DNA of 64,000 bases from a virus (lineage: Duplodnaviria > Caudoviricetes), in the IMG/VR virus record IMGVR_UViG_3300021431_000113, positions 1-64,000 of that record. One strand, 5' to 3'. The position numbers were made by a program, and so were the translations under genes. Below the pieces are notes generated by a model. The model was not told the origin of the DNA. It saw nothing but the letters and a program-made list of their open reading frames with translations, and did not search any database. How positions within the stretch are numbered: the first letter of the stretch is position 1; each line of letters opens with the position of its first letter. Positions 42,962 through 54,048 of this stretch are shown here, piece by piece.

Positions 42962-44644
42962 ATGGCAAATAGAAATATTCAAAGATATTGGAATAATGCG
43001 GAATTATATAGGCAAAAACCTGATTTTTGGGAATCTGATATTTTTTATATTCATTTGCATACTCAAAATATAGGTAAAATGGCAAACGGGGATGCAAAAT
43101 CTGATGATGAGTTATCTAATATTTTTGATGCATATAAAAACGGTAAAGATTCTACTGTTCAAAAAGCTGTAACAAATCAATATCTTCAAGCAATGAAAGC
43201 AAGCATTAAGAAAACTACCCAAAATAGAGAATTATTGGATGAAGTTTTTGATATAAAAAATAATAATACTTCAGCGATGCTTGATCAAATGCATAAAACT
43301 ATGCAAGAAGGATTAGAAAAATATATTAATACAGAAAATTTAGTTAAACTACTTCAAAATGAAGAAACTCTAAAATGGAATGAAAAAGGAACAGGTTCTT
43401 TAAAACAAGCTTTAAAAAATGATGGTGACTATCAAGATAGTATAAAATTTTTAGATACTTTGCTTCAAGCTATGGCTGATACCGTTAAATTAATTAATTC
43501 TCCTTTAGGTCCAAAATTGGCTGAAGCTTTATTATTAGAATCAAATAGTACTTCAAATTTTACAAATGTTAAAGATTATGGAGCAAATTTAACAAAAGTA
43601 TTAAATAAATTTAAAACAGAAAATAAAGCAGTATTATTAAATACTCCTTTAATGCAAGAAGCTATTAAAAATTTAGATGATATATTATCACCTTTAACTA
43701 ATTTGTATTTAGAAAAAAATAAAAATGGAAAAGTTATAAGAGAAAATACTACTGTTGGAAAATTACAAGGTCGTGTAACAAATAACTTTTTTCCTAATTT
43801 AGCAGAAATACTTGCCGCACAAATTGAAAAAACTGCTGTTTCTGAAGCTGTTAAAATTACTAAAAATGCACGTAGAACAGGTGCTGAAACTTCTCAAATT
43901 CAAATTACTGATACAGAAGGAAATTATAGTAATAAAGGTTATTTTGATGATGGTGGTAAAAAACAAGATAAAGCAGATAATATATATGAAAATGTTCAAA
44001 TGAGTGTTGATAATTTAAGAAATGGTGAATCAGGATATTTTAAGATAGATATTGGTATAAGTAGTAAAAGTTATGTGACTCAGCATTTTGGAACAGATAC
44101 TTCATTAGCTGATTTTAATGATGTTTATTCTCTTGGTGGAGGTATGACTATAGGTAATGCTTTTAGATTACTGTTAGGTGATATTAATGCAGATATATAT
44201 AAAAAATATTTAGGATATAATGTTTTTGCTAGAGATTCATCAGATTTTCCTAAAGCTTTAAATTCTTTACAAGATGTTTTATTAACACGAAGTATCGTTT
44301 ATATAGCTTCTGGTCGTAATAAAAAAAATATCGCTCAATTCATGATGATTAATGGTAATTTTTTATCTATATGGGATATTATTAAATATACTTTTGATCA
44401 TGATATAGGAAAAAGTTCGTCTCAATTAAAGACAATTCAACCCGAAGACAGACCAGGTCTTTATATGACTGTATCTAATAGAGGAAAAATTATTAAACTC
44501 GCTAAAAGTAGATTTTGGTTAAGAAGAATTGTTAAAACAAATGAAGCAATTGATTCAGCTACAATGAAAGTTCATATTATTCCTAAACAGATTATTAATG
44601 GAGTTGTTAGTTCCGGTCAAATTAATGATATTAAACATTCTTGA
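42962..44644 (+). CDS. hypothetical protein (560 aa)
   Basis: Long ORF, AT-rich codons, weak RBS. Confidence 0.7.
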   Translation: MANRNIQRYWNNAELYRQKPDFWESDIFYIHLHTQNIGKMANGDAKSDDELSNIFDAYKNGKDSTVQKAVTNQYLQAMKASIKKTTQNRELLDEVFDIKNNNTSAMLDQMHKTMQEGLEKYINTENLVKLLQNEETLKWNEKGTGSLKQALKNDGDYQDSIKFLDTLLQAMADTVKLINSPLGPKLAEALLLESNSTSNFTNVKDYGANLTKVLNKFKTENKAVLLNTPLMQEAIKNLDDILSPLTNLYLEKNKNGKVIRENTTVGKLQGRVTNNFFPNLAEILAAQIEKTAVSEAVKITKNARRTGAETSQIQITDTEGNYSNKGYFDDGGKKQDKADNIYENVQMSVDNLRNGESGYFKIDIGISSKSYVTQHFGTDTSLADFNDVYSLGGGMTIGNAFRLLLGDINADIYKKYLGYNVFARDSSDFPKALNSLQDVLLTRSIVYIASGRNKKNIAQFMMINGNFLSIWDIIKYTFDHDIGKSSSQLKTIQPEDRPGLYMTVSNRGKIIKLAKSRFWLRRIVKTNEAIDSATMKVHIIPKQIINGVVSSGQINDIKHS

Positions 44645-44700
44645 CAAAATTAAAAAATTTTGTTATAATATAAAAAAAGAAAAAGGAGAAAAAAGGATTA

Positions 44701-45246
44701 ATGAAATTTGATGAATTAAATCTTAAACAGGTTAATAAAGATGCTAATATTATTATTAATGATAAAAAGATAAATATTAAACAATATTTACCAATTAATG
44801 AAAAAATTAGCTTAGTTCAAATTGCTTTACAGCAGTCAGAGGAAGATGGTATTTATAATGAAGGTTTACTTACTGCTTATTTTTATACTTATATAGTTAT
44901 GTTTTATTCAGATATAGAGTTTACTGATGAGCAAAAAGAGAATATACCTTCTATATATGATATACTTGAAACTAATGATATTATCACAAAAGTATGTGAT
45001 AAGATTCCTAAAGTTGAATTTGATGATTTATTAGATTTGCTTCAAGATCAGAAAAATAATAATACAAGTTATAAAACTTCAACAGCTTATTTAATTAGTC
45101 AGTTTATTAATACTCTTCCTGAACAAATGAATCAAGTTTCTGAAATAATTAATAATTTTGATCCAAGTAAATATCAGGCAGTAGTAGATTTTGCAACCGC
45201 CGCAAATGGTGGAAGAAATATTAATACTAATCAGCCTGTTGAATAA
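44701..45246 (+). CDS. tail assembly chaperone candidate
   Basis: Acidic 181-aa ORF upstream of tape measure; preceded by TTGACA-N17-TATAAT at 44641-44669. Confidence 0.5.
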   Translation: MKFDELNLKQVNKDANIIINDKKINIKQYLPINEKISLVQIALQQSEEDGIYNEGLLTAYFYTYIVMFYSDIEFTDEQKENIPSIYDILETNDIITKVCDKIPKVEFDDLLDLLQDQKNNNTSYKTSTAYLISQFINTLPEQMNQVSEIINNFDPSKYQAVVDFATAANGGRNINTNQPVE

Positions 45247-45267
45247 GGACAACTTTGATTAAAACTT

Positions 45268-45308
45268 ATGCTCTTATTACCAAGTGTAATAAGAGCATTT
45301 TTTATTTT
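45268..45308 (+). terminator. intrinsic terminator
   Basis: ATGCTCTTATTAC/GTAATAAGAGCAT plus T run. Confidence 0.8.
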
Positions 45309-45353
45309 ACGAAAAATAAAAAGAAATCGGAAATAAGATAGGAGGTAAAAGGA

Positions 45354-48300
45354 ATGGCTAATGGTGGTAGAATAGATTTTACTATTGGTTATAAAGTTGA
45401 TAAGACTGGTTTAAATGACATGAAAAAGCAGTTAGAAGATATTTCAAAGATGTCTGCAACACAGATAAAAATTGATAATCCTTCTTTAAATATGAAAGAA
45501 GCTATGTCTGCTATGCAAAAAGTTAGAATTGCTGTTGATGAAATTAAACCAGCTTTAGATAAATCTTTTGATACTACTACAGGTATTGTTAATTTAGAAA
45601 AATTAAGAAATTCTTTACAAAAGTTAAATTTATCTGAAATTCAAAATAGGTTTAATGCAATTGGACCAAAAGGACAACAAGCTTTTTTAAATATTTCTAA
45701 AGCAGCTTTAACTACTAATGTTAATTTAAAACAAACATCAAGTTTAGTTGATAAAATGGGGCAAACTTTAGTTAATACTTTAAAATGGAGTTTTTCATCA
45801 AGTATTATTAACAAGTTTACAGGAGCTATTCAACAAGCTTATGGTTATGTTCAGCATTTAGATACATCTTTAAACGATATTCGTATAGTAACTGGTAAAT
45901 CTGCTGACGAGATGGATAGATTTGCAGAAAAAGCCAATAATGCTGCAAAAGCATTGGGTGCTTCAACAACTGAATATACCGAAGCTGCATTAATTTACTA
46001 TCAACAGGGTTTATCTGATGAGGAAGCTCAGGCCCGTGCGGAGACTACTTTAAAAGCAGCTAATGTTACTGGTCAGACTGGTCGTGAAGTTTCAGAAGAG
46101 TTAACTGCTGTTTGGAATGGTTATAAAGTTACAGCTGAAGAAACTGAACTTTATGTCGATAAATTAGCTGCAGTTGCTGCAACAACAGCTTCAGACTTGG
46201 AAGAATTGTCAACAGGTATGAGTAAAGTTGCATCTGCTGCAAATGCAATGGGTGTAGATGTTGATCAATTAAATGGTATGTTATCAACTATTATATCTGT
46301 TACTCGTCAAGCACCTGAAACAGCCGGTACTGCACTTAAAACTATTTTTGCTCGTATAGAAGATTTAAAAATTAGTGGTGAAGATGAAGATGGTGTTAAA
46401 TTAGGTGAAGTTTCATCTACTCTTGATGAAGTTGGCGTTCATATTATGGATGTTAATGGAGATATACGAGATCTCGGTGAGGTTATAGAAGAAGTTGCAG
46501 GTAAATGGGATACATGGACAGATGCTCAACAAACTGCAATTGCTCAGGCTATGGCTGGTAAAAGACAATATAATAATTTACTTGCTCTTTTTAATAATTG
46601 GGATATGTATAGTGATGCTGTTGAAACCTCTCGTAATTCTATGGGTACTTTACAAGAGCAGCAAGATATTTATATGGAATCAACTGCTGCTCACTTACAA
46701 CAGTTAAAAACTGAATGGGAAGATTTGTATGATTCTGTTTTAGATAACAAAGATCTTAATGTTTTAATAGATGGTTTAACAAAAGTATTAAATTTATTTA
46801 CTAATATTATTGATGCTGTTGGTGGTGGTAAGACTTTATTTACTGGATTAATAGCTTTAATTGGAACTAAATTTAGTAAACAAATTTCAGAAGCATTTTC
46901 ACCTTTAATTATTAATATGCAAAATGCTAAGAAAAATGCAGAAATTTTATCTAAGCTTTTACAAAATATTGATGTGCAACAGAAAAATGGTGTAATTGGC
47001 GGTAGAGCAGCTACTGCAATGGCAAAAGCTCAAAAGGAAATGAGCCAATATTGGGAGCTTATGTCAGAAGAACAGATTAATGCAAGTCAGCAAACAATAA
47101 AAGAAATTGGTGAATGGGAAGATAAAGCTGAAGCTATTGATTTAGCAGAAGCAGCTTTAAGAAAGTATGTTGATGAAAGATTAAAAATTCCTAAAGCAGA
47201 TGCAGATAATTTTAAATCAGATAGTTTATTTAATGTTGGAAGCACTGCAAATACTCAAGCTATTCAATTTTTTGAAACACAAATTGAACAAATTCAACAG
47301 ATTCAACAAAATTATAAACAATTAGGTAATACTATTAGTGCTGTTAATAATAAGATTCAAGCAGGAGATACTTCTTCAGGATTATTAAAAGGATTAGCTT
47401 CACAGTTAGTTCAAGCTAAGAAAAATGTTAAAGAATTACAAACTTTAGCAAAAAAAGGACTTATTCCAAAAGAAATTGCTACTGAAGCTCAAAAGAATGT
47501 ATCAGAACTTTATCAACGATTTAGAAAATTAAAAACTCAAATAGATGAAGTAAATGCTACTGAAAAAGAATTAACTAAGACTCAAAAAGAATTGGTAAAA
47601 GCTCAAAAGGGCGATAAAAATGGTGTTGTAGATGTAGCAAAAGTTGAAGAAGCTAAGAAAAAAGTTGAAGAATTAACAAAAAAAATACAACGATTAAAAA
47701 ATGATTTAAAAAATTCTTCAAAAGGTTATCTTTTTACTGATGAGATGATAAAGACTTTACCTCGAATAGGTGGTCAAATAGATAAAACAAGTCAGCAATA
47801 TAAGACTTATATAAAATTATTAAAAGAAGCCGGCTTGTCTGCGGAAGAAGCTGCATTACATATAGAACAATTAGATGCAAGCTTAAATAAAAATGATTTA
47901 GCAATACAAAAGAAAACACAAAATATTACTCAATTAATTGGTGGTTTTGCAAGTTTAGTTTTCGCTATGCAATCATTATCAAATATAGGAGATATATTTG
48001 ATAATGAAGATTTATCAATCACTGAAAGATTTGGACAAATTGTTACTTCATTAGCAATTGGTGTACCAATGTTAGTTTCTGCTTTACAAGGATTGAAAGG
48101 TGAATTAATTGGTTTATTAATTCCTAAAGCTGCAAATCTTTTAGCTGATGAAGGTGAAATAGAAGCCACTGTTGCTTTAGAAGTTGCAAAATATGGAGAA
48201 GCTGCGGCTCATGATGCAAATACTGCTGCAATTATTAGAGAACGTGCTGCTAAATTATTATTAAATCCAGTTACTGCAATTGCTACTGGATTAATTGTAG

Positions 48301-51300
48301 CTTTAGGTGCAGCATTAATTATTACTGCAAAAGCACATGAAAAAGAACTTGAAGCAATAAGAGAAAGTAATAATGTAATTATTGAGCATAATGAAAAAGT
48401 TTTAGAAGAAGTTCATGCTAATCAACAAGTTATTGATTCTATGCAAGATTTGATTAATCAGTATAAGGATGGGACTTTATCTCAACAAGATTATATCAAA
48501 CAAAAAAATGATTTAATTCAAGCTTTAGATAGAGAAGGTAGAGTAGCTTTAATTGCTGCGGATAATTGGAAAGAAGCTCAAAAAGCTCTTTCAGATTATA
48601 AAGTAAGAGAAGCTGAGATTGCAAAAGAAAAAGCAAAAGAAAATGCAGAAGGCAGTTTTGAAAATGTCTTAACTGGATTAGATAAAGGCGCTGGTTCTTA
48701 TGATGAAGATAAAGAAGAATTTAGTTTACAGGATAGACAAGTAGGAGAAGAAGGTAAACTTGCAGTTGAAGCAATTATAGCAGAAATTCGTGCGCAAGGG
48801 TTAAATCCAGATGATATTATTGAAATTATTAACTATAAAGATAGCCAAGGTAATGATCAAACAGATGTGCGATTAAAAGTTGGAGTCGAAGATGGTGAAG
48901 TATTTCAAGCTTTTATTAATGCTGTTGATAAAATACAAAGTGAAGGTAATTATGAAGTACCTTCAGATATTGCAAAAAAAGCAAAACAAACTAAAAAAGA
49001 TGAAAATTATAATAAATGGCAAGAAAGCCAGACAGAATATTTAACACAAGCTGAAGCTGAGGCGGGCGCGCGTTCAGGTATTGATTATGCTCAGAATTTA
49101 GAAGAGGGTAAAGAAGCCTATGAGAAATTTACTCAAGATTTAATTGAAAATGAAGGATATACTCTTGATCAAGCTGAAGAAGCATGGGTTAAATATTTAA
49201 GTGGATTAGATTCTGAAATCGCTAAGCGTATGGTTGAAACTCAAGCTAATTTTGATGTGATGACTAAATCTTTTTTAGCTACTTATCAAGGAGATGCTTC
49301 AACTTCTGATTATGTTGAAAAAGCAAAGGAAATTCAAGAAGAGCTTGAAGCTATGGGGCTTAGTGAAGGAATAGGTAAAGTTGATTCCGATGAATGGTTA
49401 AATTGGATTACTTCTGGTTTTTCTGTCGATCAAATTGCAGAAGAAATAAGAAAAAGGTTACATGATAGTTTAGTTCAAGGATTTGGAGAATTTAAAGAGT
49501 CTGCTTCAGATATTTCAAATAATATGCAACAGTTAATTTCAGAAGGAATTAAAGGAGAAGTTGATACTTCTGATAAAGGAGTTTATCAATCTTTAAAAGA
49601 CGATGTTCAAACTTTAATTGAATACTATCCTGAATTAACAGATCAAGCAAATACATTTTTAAATGAAAGTATTATAGGTACTGAAAAATGGACTCAAGCA
49701 GTTTATGATTTACAAGCCGCATTTGATACATTAGAATTAGATAAATTAACAGAAAATTATCGTAAAGATTTAGAGAAACTTCATAATCAAATAGAACAGA
49801 TTGGCAAACAAGAAACTGTTTATGATGATAAAGGTTTTGCTACTTCTAAAACAATTATAGTAGAACCAGATACTCAAAAATTTACAGAAACAGTTGAACA
49901 AATTATGAGCGATGACTATTCTATTAATATGGAAATTCATGCGGATATTACAGATGATTTTGATAATTTAGTATCTAGCATGGAAAAAATGGATAGTATG
50001 ACTTCAAAAATTGGTGAAGATTTTATTGTTTCTGCAGAAGATATAACTGAATTAGCTGAAAGCTATCCTGGCATATTAGAAGGTTATACTGATTTAGGAA
50101 ACGGTACTATTCAGTTAAATGAAGAAATTGCTAAATCTGCTATGAATGCGGCAAGTGAAGCAGAAATTGCTTCAACAGAAGAACTAAAAACAGAAATAGA
50201 GAACACTAATAAAAAATTAAGAGTTAAACAAAATCATTATAAAACAATTGTTGATTTAGCAACTAAAGGTGCTGAAGATGAAGCAAATGCCGAAGAATAT
50301 AAAAATAAAATTGTTACTGAATTAGATGAAATTGAAGTTATAAATAATGATTTAAAAACTCAAGAAATAGTTGATAATGCTTTAACTGTTGCAGATGATA
50401 GTGCTCAAAATGCTCAAATAGTATCTCAAAATTGGGAGAGTGCTTATCAAAATATGGCTGATGCATCAGAAAAAGCTGCTCAAGTGGCTATCGAAAATGC
50501 TAAACAAGTAGTTGCTGCAAATAAAGGTGAAGATGCTTCAGCTGTTCATGGAGATGTTAAAACTAATTGGACCGGAGAAACAGGTAATAAAACAACAATA
50601 GATACAACAACTCCTGATATGAAACAAGCTGAAGAAAGCAATAAAGAATATTTTAACCGTATGAAAAAGATGGCTCAAGATAATTACGATGCTTTAGAAA
50701 AAGAAATAAATGCTAACGAAGCTATGAAAGTTGAAGCAGTAGCTAGACTTGGAAAATCTGTTGATATAAATACAAATACGGGTAAGAAAAAAGAAGATAG
50801 TGCTTCATCTGCATCCAAAAAAGAAGCACAACATGAAGATTATCTTGAGCGCGAAGTAGATTTATATCGTGAAGTAAATGAACAGCTTGAACAGATTGAA
50901 TCTACTCTTGGTCGTATTCAAAAACAAAACAGTTATAAATGGGGTAAGGATCTTCAAAAAGGTCTTGAACGTGAGAATAAATTACTCGATCAGCAATTAG
51001 ATAAATTAAAGCAAAAAGCTGAAATCCAAAAAGGTGATCTCGCCCAGCGGAGAGCTAGCCTTGAAGCACAGGGTATCCAATTTAGTAAAGATGGTAGTTC
51101 TATGAAAAATGCTGAAGCTACATTAGATAAAATGTACGCTCAGTATAATTCAATGGTTGATACTTATAATGCTATGAGCGCAGACCAACAAGAAGAATAT
51201 AAGAAACAACTTGAAGCTAAGAAAAAAGACATTGACAAGATGGAGAATGACTTAAAGAATTATGAAAGTCTTTTTGGTGAATATCAAAGTATTTTAGATG

Positions 51301-53918
51301 AACTTCAAGAACTTCATTATAAACAAATTGAAAATGCAGTTGAGCGTTTTAATAATATGGTAGATGTTCATCTTGAATTAGACGATGCTAAAAAAGAATG
51401 GAATGATTTTTGGTATGAGGTTGTTCAAGATGTTGATGATACTGATTTTGGTGGTAAGATTGCTCAAAGTATAAGTAAACTTCAAACTTTAGTTGGTTTA
51501 AACGGAAAAGCTAGTAAGAGTGAAATTGCTGAATTAACTAATCACCTTAATGATACGGTTGATGAAGTAACTAAGCAAATAGCATCTCGTAAGCGCGGAG
51601 GCGAAGATAGTTTATTTGAAGATGCTACAAAATTATCTAAAGAAAATCTTGAGAAGTATCGTGATCAGTTAATGGATGCGGTGCGCAAAGCCAAAGAAGA
51701 AGTAGATAATATTGCTGAAAATTATACAAAAATACTTGAAAGCGCAAAAGACTTAATAGATGAACAAGTTGATGGACTTGAAGCTATATCAGATCATCTT
51801 GAGCATAATATTGAATTATTCAAGATTGTGGAAGGTGTAAATGCTTATGGTCCAGTTATCAAAGAGTATGAGAAATTATATCAGAATGATTTAAAATTAC
51901 TTAACACTCAAAGACAGAGTAAAGAGTTCTGGGCAGGTGAAATTGACAGATATGAGAAGTTGTTAGCTACTACGGAAGAAGGAACTGTTCAATGGAAAAC
52001 TTATAGTGAAAACTTAAAAACAGCAAGTGAGAATTATAAGAAATCTGTTCAAGACCTAGATAAAACACTTGAAGAAACTTTAAAGCATTTAGATGAACTT
52101 CGCAAAAATCAAACCGAAGTTATTTTTAATGAACTTGATAAGACTTTAAGTAAAGGTCGCGGATTAGATATGGTTGAGGAAGAGTGGAAACTCATTAATG
52201 ATTTAAGTAACAGATACTTAGATAATGTAGAGCGTGCACTTGAAACTGAATTATATACTAATGACCTTGAAAAAGCTGCTAATGCTATTGGCTTAAGTGC
52301 AGAAAATCAAGCTAAATTAAATAGTTTTATGGATGATGAGCTAACTAAATTAAAAGCAAAGAATAAGTTAACTCAATATGATATTGATGAATCTCGCGCT
52401 AGGCTTGCTATATTACAAGCAGAAATTGCTCTTGAAGAACAGCGTAATAATAAGAGTAAGATGCGTCTTAGACGTGATTCTCAAGGTAATTATAACTATC
52501 AATATGTTGGTGATGAGCAGGCTATTGAAGATGCTGAAAATGGTGTGCTTACTGCGAAGAAAGAATGGTATGAACTTGTTAAGAAGAGATATAAAGATGT
52601 TCATGATTATACTATTGAATTAAGAAAACAAGAAGTAGAGTATAATCGACAAGCAAATGAAGCTGAAGCAAATAATGATTATGAAAAAGCTGAATTTTTA
52701 AGAAGTCTTGCTGAAGAAGTTAAAAAAGAGATTGAACAAAATAATTCAGAGATTGGTAAAAATACTCAAGATTTAATTTTTGGTACAGCTCAATATTTTG
52801 CTGAGGTTGAAAATGCTTCAATACTTCCTACTAGTAGTACTGTTGCAGCAACTCTTATTGATGATTTTGATAGTGTAGAAAAGGCTGTTACAAAAGCTGT
52901 TAAAGAATTAGATCGTGTTCAAACAGAATATGTTAAAAATACTCAAGACGCTATAAGTGAAGCTGGCGTTGAGTATGAGCAACTTCGTGAAGATGGTATT
53001 GACCCAACTACTGAATCTCTTGAAGACTTAGTTGATACTCAAGAAGATTTAGCTGATAAACTTGAAGATGTCAATGATGAGTTAGATACTCAAGAAGAAA
53101 ATCTTAAAAAATGCGAAGACGCTTACCGTAACTTAAAGGATGCTGCAGTTGATGCTATTGAAGCTGCTAATACAGCTTTAGAAAAATTATCACAGACAGC
53201 TATTGATACTCAGCAGAAAGTTGCGGCATCTGTTGCGGCAGCACAGTCAGCAGCTAATGCAAGTGCAAGTGGCGGTTCTAGCAGTTATGGAGGAGGGTCT
53301 AGTTCAGGACAAGAACAAAATGGTGCTACTACTGGAACCCATTCATATAGAGTTGTTCCAGCTAATCCAAATTTGCCTTATTCTGGATTATTCAAAATTG
53401 TAGATGAAAATGGAACAAGAGCTCCTGGAACTGATGAAGGAACGTTAAAAGACTTACAAAAATACAAAAAGAAATATAATATTACAGGTCTTAAAACAGG
53501 AGGTTATACTGGAGACTGGTCTGGTGAGAAAGGAAAACTTGCTATTCTCCATCAAAAAGAACTTGTTCTTAACGAATCTGATACAAGTAATATTTTAAGT
53601 GCTGTTAAATCTATTAGAGAAATTGTTGGTAATGGAATTAATTCTGTAAAATTTGATGGAATTGCGGATGCAATAGTTAAAATGAGTGCTATGCAAGCTA
53701 GTATGCTATCTCAAATTAGTCAAAGTACTTTAGGAGCATTAGCTTCAACTATTAATAACAATAATTCAGAAGTACAAAATTACAAAAACATGACTATTAA
53801 TGCAGATTTCAGTGGAGTGCGTAGTGCAGATGCTATTTATCAAGCTTTACGTGAACTTGAAAATTATGGTATGCAACAGAGTTATTCAGTTGCTCCACAT
53901 AATAACACAAGTTATTAA
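45354..53918 (+). CDS. tail tape measure protein (TP901-1-like core), 2854 aa
   Basis: Helical Ala-rich core (LDTSLNDIRIVTG, YVDKLAAVAA), hydrophobic segments, long coiled coil, C-terminal KTGGYTG...HQKELVLN. Confidence 0.9.
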   Translation: MANGGRIDFTIGYKVDKTGLNDMKKQLEDISKMSATQIKIDNPSLNMKEAMSAMQKVRIAVDEIKPALDKSFDTTTGIVNLEKLRNSLQKLNLSEIQNRFNAIGPKGQQAFLNISKAALTTNVNLKQTSSLVDKMGQTLVNTLKWSFSSSIINKFTGAIQQAYGYVQHLDTSLNDIRIVTGKSADEMDRFAEKANNAAKALGASTTEYTEAALIYYQQGLSDEEAQARAETTLKAANVTGQTGREVSEELTAVWNGYKVTAEETELYVDKLAAVAATTASDLEELSTGMSKVASAANAMGVDVDQLNGMLSTIISVTRQAPETAGTALKTIFARIEDLKISGEDEDGVKLGEVSSTLDEVGVHIMDVNGDIRDLGEVIEEVAGKWDTWTDAQQTAIAQAMAGKRQYNNLLALFNNWDMYSDAVETSRNSMGTLQEQQDIYMESTAAHLQQLKTEWEDLYDSVLDNKDLNVLIDGLTKVLNLFTNIIDAVGGGKTLFTGLIALIGTKFSKQISEAFSPLIINMQNAKKNAEILSKLLQNIDVQQKNGVIGGRAATAMAKAQKEMSQYWELMSEEQINASQQTIKEIGEWEDKAEAIDLAEAALRKYVDERLKIPKADADNFKSDSLFNVGSTANTQAIQFFETQIEQIQQIQQNYKQLGNTISAVNNKIQAGDTSSGLLKGLASQLVQAKKNVKELQTLAKKGLIPKEIATEAQKNVSELYQRFRKLKTQIDEVNATEKELTKTQKELVKAQKGDKNGVVDVAKVEEAKKKVEELTKKIQRLKNDLKNSSKGYLFTDEMIKTLPRIGGQIDKTSQQYKTYIKLLKEAGLSAEEAALHIEQLDASLNKNDLAIQKKTQNITQLIGGFASLVFAMQSLSNIGDIFDNEDLSITERFGQIVTSLAIGVPMLVSALQGLKGELIGLLIPKAANLLADEGEIEATVALEVAKYGEAAAHDANTAAIIRERAAKLLLNPVTAIATGLIVALGAALIITAKAHEKELEAIRESNNVIIEHNEKVLEEVHANQQVIDSMQDLINQYKDGTLSQQDYIKQKNDLIQALDREGRVALIAADNWKEAQKALSDYKVREAEIAKEKAKENAEGSFENVLTGLDKGAGSYDEDKEEFSLQDRQVGEEGKLAVEAIIAEIRAQGLNPDDIIEIINYKDSQGNDQTDVRLKVGVEDGEVFQAFINAVDKIQSEGNYEVPSDIAKKAKQTKKDENYNKWQESQTEYLTQAEAEAGARSGIDYAQNLEEGKEAYEKFTQDLIENEGYTLDQAEEAWVKYLSGLDSEIAKRMVETQANFDVMTKSFLATYQGDASTSDYVEKAKEIQEELEAMGLSEGIGKVDSDEWLNWITSGFSVDQIAEEIRKRLHDSLVQGFGEFKESASDISNNMQQLISEGIKGEVDTSDKGVYQSLKDDVQTLIEYYPELTDQANTFLNESIIGTEKWTQAVYDLQAAFDTLELDKLTENYRKDLEKLHNQIEQIGKQETVYDDKGFATSKTIIVEPDTQKFTETVEQIMSDDYSINMEIHADITDDFDNLVSSMEKMDSMTSKIGEDFIVSAEDITELAESYPGILEGYTDLGNGTIQLNEEIAKSAMNAASEAEIASTEELKTEIENTNKKLRVKQNHYKTIVDLATKGAEDEANAEEYKNKIVTELDEIEVINNDLKTQEIVDNALTVADDSAQNAQIVSQNWESAYQNMADASEKAAQVAIENAKQVVAANKGEDASAVHGDVKTNWTGETGNKTTIDTTTPDMKQAEESNKEYFNRMKKMAQDNYDALEKEINANEAMKVEAVARLGKSVDINTNTGKKKEDSASSASKKEAQHEDYLEREVDLYREVNEQLEQIESTLGRIQKQNSYKWGKDLQKGLERENKLLDQQLDKLKQKAEIQKGDLAQRRASLEAQGIQFSKDGSSMKNAEATLDKMYAQYNSMVDTYNAMSADQQEEYKKQLEAKKKDIDKMENDLKNYESLFGEYQSILDELQELHYKQIENAVERFNNMVDVHLELDDAKKEWNDFWYEVVQDVDDTDFGGKIAQSISKLQTLVGLNGKASKSEIAELTNHLNDTVDEVTKQIASRKRGGEDSLFEDATKLSKENLEKYRDQLMDAVRKAKEEVDNIAENYTKILESAKDLIDEQVDGLEAISDHLEHNIELFKIVEGVNAYGPVIKEYEKLYQNDLKLLNTQRQSKEFWAGEIDRYEKLLATTEEGTVQWKTYSENLKTASENYKKSVQDLDKTLEETLKHLDELRKNQTEVIFNELDKTLSKGRGLDMVEEEWKLINDLSNRYLDNVERALETELYTNDLEKAANAIGLSAENQAKLNSFMDDELTKLKAKNKLTQYDIDESRARLAILQAEIALEEQRNNKSKMRLRRDSQGNYNYQYVGDEQAIEDAENGVLTAKKEWYELVKKRYKDVHDYTIELRKQEVEYNRQANEAEANNDYEKAEFLRSLAEEVKKEIEQNNSEIGKNTQDLIFGTAQYFAEVENASILPTSSTVAATLIDDFDSVEKAVTKAVKELDRVQTEYVKNTQDAISEAGVEYEQLREDGIDPTTESLEDLVDTQEDLADKLEDVNDELDTQEENLKKCEDAYRNLKDAAVDAIEAANTALEKLSQTAIDTQQKVAASVAAAQSAANASASGGSSSYGGGSSSGQEQNGATTGTHSYRVVPANPNLPYSGLFKIVDENGTRAPGTDEGTLKDLQKYKKKYNITGLKTGGYTGDWSGEKGKLAILHQKELVLNESDTSNILSAVKSIREIVGNGINSVKFDGIADAIVKMSAMQASMLSQISQSTLGALASTINNNNSEVQNYKNMTINADFSGVRSADAIYQALRELENYGMQQSYSVAPHNNTSY

Positions 53919-53922
53919 AATC

Positions 53923-53967
53923 ATGCGGCAGGTGCTAGAATTTTAGCACTTTGCCGCATCTTTTTTT
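53923..53967 (+). terminator. intrinsic terminator after tape measure
   Basis: ATGCGGCA-GGTGCTA/TAGCAC-TGCCGCAT plus T run. Confidence 0.8.
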
Positions 53968-54048
53968 GGTCAAAAATATTTAGTTTTATTTAAATAAATT
54001 CTATATATTTTATAGAATAAAAATGAGAAAAAAGGAGGGGTTCTGTTA

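Noticed and set aside
44701-45353. Programmed frameshift tail chaperone (lambda G/GT type)
   Set aside because: The ORF is followed by a terminator and only 107 nt before the tape measure; no second frame to extend into.
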